DNA of 64,000 bases from Lepidodermella squamata. Taxonomy: Eukaryota; Animalia; Gastrotricha. The DNA lies in NCBI GenBank assembly GCA_047495785.1, contig JBLDXI010000054.1, positions 248,001-312,000 on the forward strand. The letters run 5' to 3'. Shown here piece after piece: positions 12,598-25,803 of this stretch. How positions within the stretch are numbered: the stretch's first letter is position 1; every line of letters starts with the position of its first letter. Made by a program: the position numbers and the translations under genes. The notes under the pieces are model-generated. The model was not told where the DNA came from. It saw nothing but the letters and a program-made list of their open reading frames with translations, and did not search any database.

Positions 12598-13713
12598 ATG
12601 ATATCATTAACATTATTACTCACTTTGCCACTAATCTCAGCGTTGAGCAACGATGATGACATCCGCGCTCAAATTCTTAAAGAATGCAACGTCTTACCAG
12701 GGGTCACCCACCCCGATGAGTACCGAGCTGGTGACTCGAGAAGCACCATGGATATCATGTTCGGCTTCTGGCGCCTAATTGGAGTCGATGACATCGAAGA
12801 AACTGTTGCGATCAATGGTTTGCTGCTGCTGAGCTTTGAAATCGACTGCATTCGAGAGGCGGCTATTCGCTACAATGCGACTCATAAGATCCCGTCTTAC
12901 TGGTGTATGACCAATGTTAACGACTACTGGCGACCTGGAGTGGTCAATGACAACAGCTTTGAGGATTACGGCCTTTCGACCCATGTTTATCCAGCTACCT
13001 CAGTTTTTCCATTCAAAGGTCTGGTTAAGATCTCACTTTCCGGAAAGTTCACTGTTACATGCGATTTCAATTTGGAAAAGTTTCCATTCGACGAGCAGTT
13101 ATGCTATATCCAAACCAGCATTTGGTTGTCGAACTCAACAATCTTCGTCAAGGGTTACCACAGCGCTGTTTTGGGTGAATCATCTGATAACGTTGGCTGG
13201 ATTATGGGAGAGCGGTTCGAAGAAATGTACATCCTGCCGTTCACTGAGGACGCATTCTACCACACGTTCAAATTTTACTTCAGATTACGCCGACAGCCTA
13301 ATTATTACATCCTTAACCTCATTGCCCCTGGTTTGGTTTTGACAATCGTTCAATTCGCGACAGCTTTCATCCAGAGTGACGCCCCAGACCGGCCGAGTTT
13401 TTCTGTTACGGTTTTGCTAGCCTTCACTGTGTCTCAAAGTCAGGTACTGGCAAATGTGCCCAAAACGCCGTCGAACATTCTACTCTCTGATTTGGTGTTC
13501 GGTCAAATTTTAGCTTCGATGATCATCACTTGCTATACAGCGGTTATTTGCGCTGTTTGCATGGCAATGACGGATAATTGCATGAACAAATACGTTTGCA
13601 TCGGAAAATGGAACATTCGCCGGTGCCGCATTGTTGATCTTGTGTTTTTTTCAATTATGGCTTTTTTAGTGTTTACATTCAATCTGACTCTTTTAGCAAA
13701 AATTATCAGTTGA
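12598..13713 (+). CDS. Cys-loop ligand-gated ion channel subunit (copy B, paralog of 8202-9317)
   Basis: 371 aa; Cys-loop CDFNLEKFPFDEQLC; close similarity to copy A including ~100 bp of upstream flank. Confidence 0.9.
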   Translation: MISLTLLLTLPLISALSNDDDIRAQILKECNVLPGVTHPDEYRAGDSRSTMDIMFGFWRLIGVDDIEETVAINGLLLLSFEIDCIREAAIRYNATHKIPSYWCMTNVNDYWRPGVVNDNSFEDYGLSTHVYPATSVFPFKGLVKISLSGKFTVTCDFNLEKFPFDEQLCYIQTSIWLSNSTIFVKGYHSAVLGESSDNVGWIMGERFEEMYILPFTEDAFYHTFKFYFRLRRQPNYYILNLIAPGLVLTIVQFATAFIQSDAPDRPSFSVTVLLAFTVSQSQVLANVPKTPSNILLSDLVFGQILASMIITCYTAVICAVCMAMTDNCMNKYVCIGKWNIRRCRIVDLVFFSIMAFLVFTFNLTLLAKIIS

Positions 13714-14730
13714 TCGATTCATTCAGGCTGGAGAGTTGTTCTAGTTTTCCACAACCACCCAGTTTGTCCCTGGTAACAGCGATCTGGTCGAGGTACCTGG
13801 TTTCATTTATCAATCATAGCCGCATTTCATGAATTCTCAGTGAAGGGATAGCAAAGATCCTTTCATTGCATTTTTCGAAGCATAACATAACAGTGAAGTC
13901 TGAAGTCTACACGCGAATAAAAAACCTGATCATCCTAATTACGATTTTTTTCCATAATTGATTAAGTCAACTCTATCGAAAATCCGAAAATCAGCTTATC
14001 CGAACATAAACATAAAAACATAAAAATCTTTATTTGTGTCCTGGTACAATACATAGTCCAACCATTCTAACAAAAATAATTACCAATAAGAGAACAATCT
14101 GACCAGGCTCGAGTGTACAATATGAAGCTACGCTCGTCAACGACGGTGCGTAAGAGAGACAGTAAATGGGGAGACAAGGGGTTTATCGGGGACAGGGTAT
14201 ATAGGAGGTTAAAACACAGACAAAATGGGGTATAAATGGACCTCAAAAGCTCAACAATTGCTGAAAAGCTCGAAATTAAGGTATTAGCTACATTTTGGAG
14301 TTCGGAGTGGGTTGAGGGTGGCTAGATGTTAGATGAATCCTTGCTTGAAGATACCTGCTACAATATCGCAACCAGGCACCGCTGATGAAATTTTGAAATT
14401 TTAAAATTGAGGGCCGCCGAAAAACCGATATCATGAACGATTAGTCATTTTCGCCAATACATTTTATAACTCTTATTTTTTGTATCGCCTTGCTTGTCTG
14501 TATGCAATTTGAAATTGGGACCTCAGAGACAGAAAGACAGGGTATGCATTTATTTCCGAGAAATATTCTGATTCACTTTGAAAAGCGCTATAGGATTGGT
14601 GTATCGCTCAGTTCTTCTTCGTAAATGGTTGAGACATTCGACATTAGTCAGGCGTGGAACTGTCTGCATGTTCGTCACGGCTTCCAGCTACAACTCGGGT
14701 TATACCGAAAGGGTAACCACGCCGTGAAGT

Positions 14731-15171
14731 ATGTCGTTCGAAAGTCGATCGTTCATATCAATCATCAAATCCACCATTTTTCTCGCCAAGTTACGAAAAG
14801 GCTGCAAGCGTTGGAAGAGTGTTAATATCGTGACTTATAGCTGGGCAAGAATCTTGCGATTTTCTGTGTTCCTCAGCGGCCTTTTACTCAGCTCCATTGC
14901 GCTCTACCGAATTTTTGGTGGAGATGACGCGCCAGCAATAGATTGTGTGAATCCACCATCCGACCCTGCAACTAATGATAGCGAAGCTGCAACAGCTATC
15001 AATTGCGTTGAGGTGGGTGATAAAAGCCGGAAGGGTGACTACTTCATTCTGGTAATGTCTGGGTTAGCAGTGCTTGGTAGCCTGTTTTACGACCACTTTA
15101 GAGGCGGCGACAAAATGCTGACATTGCGTCGAAATATCGAAGCAGCATTCAGGCAGCAAAATGCTTTGTGA
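14731..15171 (+). CDS. Putative two-TM membrane protein (probably a partial gene model)
   Basis: Two hydrophobic segments flanking a loop with two Cys. Confidence 0.3.
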   Translation: MSFESRSFISIIKSTIFLAKLRKGCKRWKSVNIVTYSWARILRFSVFLSGLLLSSIALYRIFGGDDAPAIDCVNPPSDPATNDSEAATAINCVEVGDKSRKGDYFILVMSGLAVLGSLFYDHFRGGDKMLTLRRNIEAAFRQQNAL

Positions 15172-16134
15172 TAGAATTCATCGTTTCATAATAAGCCATT
15201 AAAAATTCGGAATAAATCGAAGAACTTTATGTTTCATGTTCAACAACAACGACGATGCTGCTTCGGACCATATCTTTCCAGTATATAATTATTCCGGAAT
15301 TTCGGAACTGAAAATATACATGAAATTGTGATTTTTCCGGATTACTGGCAGGGAGCATACAACAATAACCGCAGCGCATGTATCGCCGGGAATCACTTAA
15401 TAAATTTGAATCGGGGCTCATTTTCAATCCTCTAAAGCATGGTTTTGACCAGGCTACGGCATGGGCAAGTGACCTCTTCTGAATTTTTTATGCTTAAACC
15501 GGACTCAGAGAGTCCTGTTTAGAGAGTTCAGTTTAGACAGTAAAATTATAATGTTAAGTCCACACTTTCGGATCGAGCCCCCCGAAAACGTCCGGTTTAG
15601 AAAAGGTCCGGTTTAGACCGGTCCGGCTAAGACGACTTTCACTTATATTGCTAATGACTCATTAGGCCTATTGAAGGGTTGATAGCCCTGACCTGGTTCG
15701 GGCGGAAACTAATAGCAGCGATTAGACTGAATAATACAGAAGGCAGTCAGTTATGCGAGGCTCTCTCGGGTATTTTATTATAATTCTTCAAGGCTTATAT
15801 AGCCAAGAAGACGCCAAATTAGATAAGTTATAATGATATACGGCACGTGATATTGCTGTCACGAGCGCTAGCTAATATTGAGAATGAACTAATGATAATA
15901 ATCGGGACAGGGAACATAGCGATCCTCTCACCTATGCATATCGAAAGGGACATGTGGCTGAAATAGATTCAAACCTATCAGATTTCATTTTATATTTTTT
16001 TACTGATGGAGTGGCGTGTGATGTGGTAACATTATACGGCTAATAAACGGAACTAGTCATCCTCATCGCTATACCGCCTCATCGTTATAGCTCATTGGGC
16101 GATTTTTCCTTTGCTTATTTCCACTTTCCACATA

Positions 16135-18629
16135 ATGATAAGAGCGATATTACTTTTGAGCTTTGTTGAATTGATCGCGAGTGAAACCATCGATGCTCAC
16201 GAGAAGCAAGTGATAACTTCAAGTTGCAGCAACTCAACCGATTCAGATAGGCTCAAAATACGGCTGCCTTTTCAGGATGCAATCTCTGGACCATTGGGCA
16301 GCGGAATATGGGCTTCTCAATCGATTCAAATAGCGCTCGATCGCCTGCGCTCGATGCCCAACTGGCTGCCGAACTACGACATAGAAATCGAACTTCTCGA
16401 CAGTGAAGCCAGCAACTCCGTTGTTATATCACAGTTCATCCAACGGTTGTATTTCGATTCTGAAACGGAAGAAACTTTCCCCTTGATAACTATTCACGAT
16501 ATTTCAGGTCAGGCTCAAGAATATGAGTCATTGATGCTATCGCCTCTCAAATTCATCGGGGTAAGTTGCTTATCACTATTTATGAGAGGTAAAATCCATT
16601 CCAATCATTAAAGATTTCGAATTATCTAACTTCTCTCAAGCTGACTACGGAACGATCGAAATTTCCGAATTTCTTTGGTCTCGGCGAGAGGGCTGATTAT
16701 TTCTGCGCCGGGGTGGCCAGTTTTGCTCGAAAAATGAACTGGAACTCTGTTGGGCTTATCTCCGAAGTCGATTCGACTTGGAATTTGTACGACCGATGGT
16801 TTGTTCAGTATTTTGAGGCTAACAACGCCAAAGTCTCGCCAATCGCAAAGTTTTGGCCGGAGGATCTACAAAACACGGAGGAGGCTTTCGCCGAGCTGAA
16901 GGCAAGCCAAGCCCGGATTATTTTACTAGCCGCTTGGGACAATGTTTTTGTCAGTTGCTGGCTTCACCGATTCGGTTTGTATGGTCCTAATTTCGTCATA
17001 ATGTACGCGAGCTGGAACAAGTTCGATGAAAACTCTACTATACCAGAAGAACTGAGTTGGTGTGACAGAACTTCGCTAATTGAAATTTTGAAGAGCTCCT
17101 TTTTGTACGTTGATCGAACTCTGGAAGATGTTTATGGGGCGAATTCGACCCAGGATCTCACAGGCTACACTGCATCGGACTTCGAGATGGAATTGATGTT
17201 GCGCATCCCTGAGCATCAACGATCTCTACCTCTAACTTACCCATTTTATGAGCGAATAATTTTCATTGGACTAATTCTGAATCATACAGAAGCTATTCTC
17301 GCTACTAAAGGCCAAACTCTATCAGATTGGACCACAAACCAGGCTTTGTTCCAGCAAAATGGTTCAGAAATCGTTTCTGTAATGAAAGAGGCTATTATGC
17401 GAACCGAATTCACTGGTTTGAAAGGAATCTACCGATTCGACCCTAATTCTATGCTCTCAACCGGAGGTCAGCCTATTGCGTTTTCTCAGATAAGGTTCGA
17501 AAATAACCAATCCGTTCAGTGCGTTGGGGCTAACTATCTGTCATGGATGAATGATTCTATTGTTATGAAAGCTGACTGCCCCTTCGTATGGCTAACCAAG
17601 TCGAAACTACCCCCGATGGGTGAGATATCCGTGTTTGAAGTTAGGCAGCCTCTTTTGACCAGAGATGCTGATATAACTCTGAAGACAATTGCCGGCATCC
17701 TTGTTTCGGTCAATTTATGTAGTATGGCTGCGAATCGAGGGCATAAAATCAGGGCAATGGGAATCTTCGGAAATACCCTCATGGTCAGTCATGCTTTCCC
17801 CATACCTTCAAGCTGGTCGGATGATATTGGGAAATACTTCTCAGCCATGATTTTTCTTGTAATTTCAGGATTTTCAACGATATGGATAGCGAATTTGTTT
17901 GACCTTGAATCTCTTGAGCTTAAAACTCGGCCTCTCAGTATGTCGAGACTTAGCCGGGCAGGAACGAGTGTTCAATTATTCAACCACCAACCGATAAAGG
18001 TTGATTACTCATTTGTTCGAAAGGTGACCCCAAAGAACATTTTCATGGCTCTGATTATCACATCAGTTGAGGCGATTTTCACAGCGATTATGTTGATTTT
18101 AAATCCAATATCGAAGCTGGACGTTCTAGCCCAAGTTGACTTTGCATCGGATGACGACGTTCTGAGACGACTTATTCGCAACGAAGCCTCTGTTCTCGAA
18201 TCTCTTACAACTTCTATTAGCGGGAAGGTTTTGCTGGCGCTTATCTTCGCCCCATTGCTGCTGGTTGTTATCAGATCTCTCTTTTTAGCTAAACAGAGAG
18301 GCCGCTATGCTAACAAGCCGCTGGCCGTCAGCATAGCTGCTTCGGCGAGCGTGATTGTAGCCGGGATATTGGTTGGCATAACTCAGGCTGCTGATGGGCG
18401 AAGTCTCATGTTGACAGTGTCCATAGTTGTGTTATGTCTGGGCTCGATTAGCACGGCTGCTTTCGCCGCTGGGTTGTCGTGGAGAAATTTGTTTAAGCTC
18501 TTCACCCAATCACCTCTGCCCAATCATCAAACCCAGGAACCTGCAAATTCAGATAGTTTGACTCGAACCTCGAACCGCAGCTCTAATCGATTGCAAAAGC
18601 AGGCAGTATCCGGCGAACCCATCCGTTAG
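16135..18629 (+). CDS. Class C GPCR, GABA-B-like, copy 1 (intron 16561-16613)
   Basis: Signal peptide, Venus-flytrap-type domain (LPNYDIEIELLD; ERSKFPNFF; FTGLKGIYRF), no Cys-rich domain, seven hydrophobic segments. Confidence 0.85.
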
Positions 18630-19025
18630 CAGTATCGGGACTTCGAAATGATGCCCTGCAGACGTCGAAAAGAACCTATACTTTTCTAAACGCTTGACTT
18701 AGAACGGTTCTAAAATATTCCGTAGCCAAATAGCCATTTTGCCGATTCGATATCACCAAACCCCTAGTAAAGCTTCATTTGATATTGATAAAATTAAGTG
18801 AACATGTATTGTCGGACATTTCTCACATTTTAGATTATCGGATGAAATAAGGCACTTTCATAATAAAGGAGACAAATGTCTGACGAAAAGGTCACGCTCC
18901 ATGGTTATGGATGGAAGTATGGAAGTCCAATTTCAAGGATTTTGTCATGATGAATTTAGTTTGCTTTAGAAGAAAGCATTTAAATCTACCGCATTAGGGT
19001 GATGGTTTCAACCTAGTCTTTCTTA

Positions 19026-19966
19026 TTATTGATTGAAGGTTTCCTTTACTGCATGGCGAGTATTGTCGGTTGGGCAGCATTTGCTGCATCGAATTTCAGA
19101 AAACTAAAAAACAACCATAACAATTGTTAAAAGTTCAGGGGAATTCGGTATAGAGCGTACGTACCCAAAGCAGGTAGCCATCAGTGTCCAGGTCGGCTTC
19201 GTATTTGAAGGGCTTGAATACTGGGTTAATTGCCGTTGGGTCGCATGTGAGGAAAGCCACAGAACGGCTGTTAATCAAAAGATGAACATAGAACTAATAG
19301 GGAGACCCTTCCAAGTATTTTCCGAAACCAATTAGTCGCCGTCAAAGGTTTATACATTAGAGCTTGTGGCACTAAAGCTAAAGAAAATTGAATTCGACCC
19401 ACAACTTCAGAAATTGTGATTAGTGGGCCTGTTACAATGGATTGAACACGGTTAATTCAAGCCCAATGTTTCGTTTTCGCTCAGAGATCTCAGGGATTAT
19501 TGGTATACCCCGATTCCAGATTGTTAAATCAGAAAGTCAGAATCAACCGAATAACTTACTGCCTCTGTTCAATGGAATTCTGTACAAGGGCTAGCGTTGC
19601 GTTTGAATTGCTAGGCATAGTTCGCCATTGGAAGTCTGTCGTGCTTGGTTCTGCAATAACATTCGCATATGAACTTGATCATTCAGCCCATTGGCACACG
19701 CTGGCTCTGTTGTGGCAATCAGGCCGCAAGGGACTAGTCAAAGCTCGGCAAAATGCGAAGTCGTAGCTCCAAGTATCTACCTCATCCACAGCACTTAGCG
19801 TAAGGTTGGAATAGCTTGTCAAATTTATGAATCCGCTGCCATCCGCAAGTTTACAAGCACAGGTACCCATCTTGAAATCTGACGTGCAAGCAGATTGGCC
19901 GGATTCGGCCACGCTCAGAGCGAGCTGTGAGCTAACGAGTAAAATCGAAATCAAGTCAAACATCAT
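19026..19966 (-). pseudogene. Single-domain MRH-like paralog with an in-frame TGA
   Basis: Homologous to repeat 1 of 2351-4299; TGA at 19679-19681 where the paralog has Trp, and homology continues after the stop. Confidence 0.6.
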
Positions 19967-21779
19967 ATTCGGGCTTTCTGCAAGGTGCACAAAGAATTCC
20001 TGAAATAACAGTGAGGATGCAAAGAAATATACAAGCGATAAGCGCTGGACTTTTTGATTGCGAGGCTGCGTGTTGATGATATTATGCTATATCTTCCAGC
20101 TACAATTGTGTGCGCACTCAACAGTCACAGTTCTCTATGAACCCTATGATGCTGACTGCCGCGTGAATCCTGATTCCTGATTAGAAAATGAGATAAAAAA
20201 TAATGGAGATCACATATTCCCCGGTTTCAGTTTTTGTTGAAAGTTGCAAGTTGAAAACCAGAATCCTTGCAGCTTCGTACGCTAAAACAGTGGTTCTCCA
20301 ATCCTGCCACGCGTGCCAGTTGTGGCACTCCCAGAAAACAGATCGGCATGCGTGCCAAAACTGGGATTTTGACTGCGTGTCTTTAAGAATTACTATCATC
20401 AGTTTTATTCTCATTTTTAGAGGTGTTAGGCGTATTTTTTTGAAAAATGCCTAAAGGTTTATTCGAATTTCCATTATATAAGGTTCATAAATCATGCAGT
20501 GCGACTTTCAGAGGGGGAGGGGAGAGAGGAGATTCATCCACTCCAGCTCGGTCAGTTCGGACAAGAGAATGGCATTTTTCCAGAGCTATTTCGTCAATTT
20601 TGAGAGGCTTTGGAGCTTGTTTTAGTGGAAAGTCTTCAGCATTTTATCGCTTCGCTCTTTTCTGTATGAAATCACGAGTCATCAGGGCAAATACAGCAAA
20701 AAAGTATTTCCGCCCCAGGCACCCCCGGAAATATATTGGAATAGCACGCGAAACCCTTGACATGTCACTTTTCTTGCACAGCATCAAAAAAGTTTGAGAA
20801 CCACTGCGCTAAAAGACCAGTTGTTGTCTCGACAACTACACAGGGCCGTGAAAGTACCGAATCAAATACAGGCCCGTGAAAGTACCGAATCAAATCCTTA
20901 TAATGGTTAACACTTCCCTCAAGAATATTGTCTTGAAGGCTCGGGCAAACTGGACAAGAAAATGAAAATGTAGCCCGCTGTTTCATCGATTCCAGGACGA
21001 TTTGGAGCGTGTTTCAGTGGAGAACTTTGTGAATCGAATTTTAAAAATTGCCTCGCGTCGCTCAATTTTCAGTTGTAGTCGCTAGTCATATTATCGCAAA
21101 ATTTCTGCTGAACCTAGAAATGTTATGGATTAAGCGTCTCCTCGAAGTATGCCATAGCTTGAACCGGCGATGAGTTGGCGTTGGTCGGCCGTTTTTTGGT
21201 GGGAGGGGCTCAGGCCCTTCCTTATTAAGGGAGGCATTATAGCTAGCCTATAGTAGCGGGAAAATCGGAATAAAACTTATATTTCAAAGTCGACTAAACT
21301 TTGCTAATTATTAATCTAAGAAAATACGGCTTGTTCGTTCACAACTTTTCTAATCTCGAACATAAACTAGATCTGGACAGCTCGTTCTGTTATTTTTGCT
21401 GCAGAATATAGATTGGAATGTTGAAGTTCGCCAACTTATTTTATCGACTGCGCGGCATGTGCTGTGGTAACGTGACATGGCCAATAACCGACATTCGTCA
21501 TCATCCTCCTCGCTTACAATCATAGAAATAAACAGAATCAAGACTTGGCGCTCGATTTTTCATCGCTCGATTTTTTAATCAAATGGAAACTCACCCTTGA
21601 GCAATGTCGTCTTTAGACTTTGCGGCTAATTATATCTGATTAAAATGTTGACTGAAGTTACACGGTTTCTTTTATAGATTGCGCGGCATGCGCTGGTAAT
21701 ATCACATGGCTAATGACCGATTTTTTCCATCCTCGTCGCTATACCGTCGCTTTAGTTCATTAGGAAATTTCTCTCGAAA

Positions 21780-24283
21780 ATGATAACAGCATTATTGCTC
21801 TTGAGCCTTCTGAAGCTCCTCGCGAGTCAATCCATCGATGCTCCTGAGAAGCACGTGATTACGGCAAGCAGCTACAACGTAACCGATTCAGATAGGCCCA
21901 AAATACGGATACTCTATCAGGACACCAACACTGGACCATTAGGCAGCGGAATATGGCCTTTCGAATCTATGCAAGTAGCCCTTGATCGGCTGCGCTCGAT
22001 GCCCAACTGGCTGCCGAACTACGACATTGAGATCGAACTTCTGGACGATCAAGGCAACGACTCTGTTTCCATTTCTCAGTTCACCCAACGGCTGTATTTC
22101 GACTCTGAAACCGAAGAGATTTTCCCATTAATGGGGATTCAAGATATAGCGGGTGAAGTTCAAGAATTACAAGCATTGATGGTATCCTCTCTCAATTTCA
22201 TCGGCGTAAGTTACTTATCATTTAAGATAGCTAAAATGCATTCTAATCATTTAAGGTGTCGAACTATCTAAGTTCTCTCAAGCTGACAACCGAAAGGTCA
22301 AAATTTCCAAATTTCTTCGGTCTTGGCGAAAGGGCTGATTATTTCTGCGCTGGTGTGGCTAGTTTTGCTCGAAAAATGAACTGGAACTCTGTTGGGCTTA
22401 TCTCTGAAGTCGAACCGACTTGGAACTTGTTCGACCGATGGTTTATTCAGTACTTTGAGGCTAACAACGCTAAAGTCTCGCCAATCGCAAAGTTTTGGCC
22501 GGAAGATTTACAAAATACAGAGGATGCTTTTGCTGAGTTGAAAGAAAGCCAAGCTCGGATCATCATAACAGCCGCTTTGGACAACGTGTTTGTCAGCTGC
22601 TGGCTTCACCGATTCGGCTTGTATGGTCCTCATTTCGTCATTATTTTCGGGAGCTGGAACACGTTCGATGAAAATTCAACAATACCAGAGGAACTGAGTT
22701 GGTGTGACAGAACTTCGTTAACTGAAATTTTGCAGAGCTCTATTGTTTACGTTGATGGACCTTTGGAAAATGTTTACGGGGTAAATTCGACCCAGGATCT
22801 CACAGGCTACACTGCATCGGAATTTAAAATAGAACTGATGTCTCGAATCGAAGACTATCAACCTTCTCCCATGCCTTTTATTTTTTATGAGCGAATCATG
22901 TTCATAGGGCTAATTCTAAACCATACAGAAGCTATTCTTGCTACGAAAGGCCAAACTCTGTCGGATTGGACAACAAACCAAGAACGATTCCAGCAAAATG
23001 GCTCGGAAATTGTTTCTGTAATGAAAGAGGCTGTGTTAAGAACGGAATTCACTGGTTTAAAAGGAATCTACAAATTCGACCTTGATTCCATGCTTTCAGT
23101 GGGAGGTCAGCCTATAACATTTTCTCAGATTCGGTTCGAGAATAACCAATCCGTTCAATGCGTTGGGGCCAACTATCTGTCATGGTTGAATGATTCTACT
23201 GTTACAAAGGCTGACTGTCCCTTCGTATGGCTAACCAAGTCGAAACTACCTCCGAGGGGCGAAATATCTGTGATTGAAGTTAAGGAGTCCCTATTGACGA
23301 GAGAGGCTGATATAGTTCTGAAGACAATTGCCGGCATCCTTGTTTCGGTCAATTTATGTAGTATGGCTGCGAATCGAGGGCATAAAATCAGGACAATGGG
23401 AATCTTCGGAAATATCCTCATGGTCAGCCACGCTTTCCTCGTACCATCAACCTGGTCGGATGATATTGGGAAATACTTCTCAGCGCTGATTTTTCTCGTA
23501 ATTTCAGGATTTTCAACGATATGGATAGCGAATTTGTTTGACCTTGAAAGTCTTGAGCTTAAAACTCGGGCTCGCAGTACGCCGAGAGTCTCGGCTAGAA
23601 CGAGTGTTCAATTCTTTAACCCCCAACCTATAAAGGTTGATTACCATTCGTTTGTTCAAAACCTGACCTCAAAGCAAATTTCCACGGCCTTGATTCTCTC
23701 ATCAGTTGAGGCGATCTTTACAGCGACTCTTCTGGGTTTATATCCAATAACGAAGCTAGACGTTCTAGCCCAAGTTGAATTTTTATCAGATGAAGACGTT
23801 TTGAAGCGAATCATTCGCAACGAAGCGTCTGTTCTCGATTCTCTCATAATTTCGACTGGTGGGAAGGTTTTGCTGGCGCTTATCTTCGCCCCATTGCTGC
23901 TGGTTGTTATCAGATCTCTCTTTTTGGCTAAACAGAGAGGCCGCTATGCTAACAAGCCGCTGGCCGTCAGCATAATTGCATCTGCGAGTGTGATTGCAGC
24001 CGGGATATTGGTTGGCATAACTCAGGCTGCTGACGGGCGAAGTCTCATGATAACAGTGTCGACAGTTCTGTTATGCCTGAGCTCTATTAGCACTGTTGCT
24101 TTCGCCGTTGGATTGCCGTGGGAAAATGTACGTAAGCCCTCTGCCCTGTCGCCTCCGACAAATCTCCGGTCACGCGAATCTAAAAATTCAGTTTTTTTGA
24201 CTCGATCCGCAGCTCTAATCGACGGCAAAAGCAGGCATTATCCGGTGAATTCGCTAGTTAGTATAACTGGGACTTCAAAATGA
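21780..24283 (+). CDS. Class C GPCR, GABA-B-like, copy 2 (intron 22206-22255)
   Basis: Intact two-exon ORF paralogous to copy 1. Confidence 0.85.
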
Positions 24284-25803
24284 CGTCCTGTCGAACCTAT
24301 GCTGTTTAAAATTTAAAAGCTTGGCTTTGGAAAGTTGAAACCAAATATCCATTTGCCGGTCACCAAGAACCTCTCTTTTAGTTTGCTAAAACTTTGTGAA
24401 CATGTTTATTCTCGCGGATGATTCTAGTCACATTTCTGGCACTTCTGATAAAAGGAGGCACGTGTCTGATGAGAAAAGTGACGCTACTCCACGTGTTCTC
24501 CACGCGAATACCAGGAGTATGGAGGAGACAGCCATTTTCAATAAATTGTCATTTGTTACCGCGTTAAGGTATAGAGGGTAAATACTTATTTCGACATCCG
24601 ACTACATTTGAACACCCTGCAAAAATTGATTCTATCAAATTTCTGCTGACAATTCTTCCAAATTTCTGCTTTTGATTTATGCGTTTTGCTGTTGATTCAT
24701 CTTGCGGCATCCGGCTGGACGGTGCAATATTCGAATCTAAGCCATCATCTAGTGTGCGAAGTCTATTCAAATCGCCTTCAATCATTCACAGCCAAGCAAG
24801 GCGAATTCGATGATTTACAAGGTTTAAGCTCATGCGTGAATTGCCAAGGGACCATTTGATCATTTCACGGATTTTCGCCTATCAGTGTGTATACATATTT
24901 CATTCAAAATTGGTCCATTAAAATTTTCGAGAACGCTTAGACAACTAATTTTATTAAATTGAACCTACTGAGAGAATATTCATTTTAATCCGAGATTTAA
25001 CCGAAGAAATAAAAAATTCATCGGGAAATCCCAATGGTAGCTGCTTCGATGATTTTCGGTATTATACCCGGTTGGACCAAATTTCTCTGGATTTTTTTAA
25101 TTAATTTTAATGAGGGGTATCGTACTCCCAGTTCGGCAGGCCAAAATTCAAAAATCCCCAAAAAACCCCAGGGGGACCCTTTGGTCATAAAATTTACCCC
25201 TTAGTTCAAGGGTCCTATTTCGCGCACTGTTTCATATTCTAAGAGATTTCGGGGGTCCCCCACACCCCACAGAGTAACAGGCTTCAAATCAGGGATCCGA
25301 CTAGGTCCAGCTCTGAGGGGGGTAAATCGAGCATTTTTAGCCCAAAATTAGCAAATCACCCCTTACGTTTTTCAGAAATTGTTGAACAGCCTTAAGATAC
25401 GTAGAAAATATCGATGTTGGGTTCCAAGACGGAAAAATCACTGATTTGTAAAATCAAAACTTCAAAAGTAATCGATATTGGCTTTGCTAATACAATTTTG
25501 TACTGTCTTCTTAATTTTATTGCTTCACTTCGCGTGTGACCCTGAAATCCAGGTCAGCGAAGCACTTGTGGACATCGGTTCAATATCATTTATTAGCAAA
25601 ATACGCGCTCATTCTATTTGACCTGATTTAAATGGCCACTCATCAATAGAAACTGCTAGGTCATTTTTTTGTCTACTAATGTCGGTCATTTTGGTTTATT
25701 TCTCTATGGTATAAAAGCACGATCATTTCAGTACTTTCGTGGTTTTTATTCCAGCTTATTATTTCATAATTTTTTCTTGCTCCGTTTCGTTTCGTAATTT
25801 CAT

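Noticed and set aside
14000-14230. Possible 3' end of a LINE on the minus strand (AATAAA plus TTTATG repeats)
   Set aside because: No reverse transcriptase remnant or TSD could be identified.
19679-19681. In-frame TGA as selenocysteine or a variant genetic code
   Set aside because: It aligns to Trp (TGG>TGA), and other genes here use TGA as stop; a nonsense mutation is simpler.
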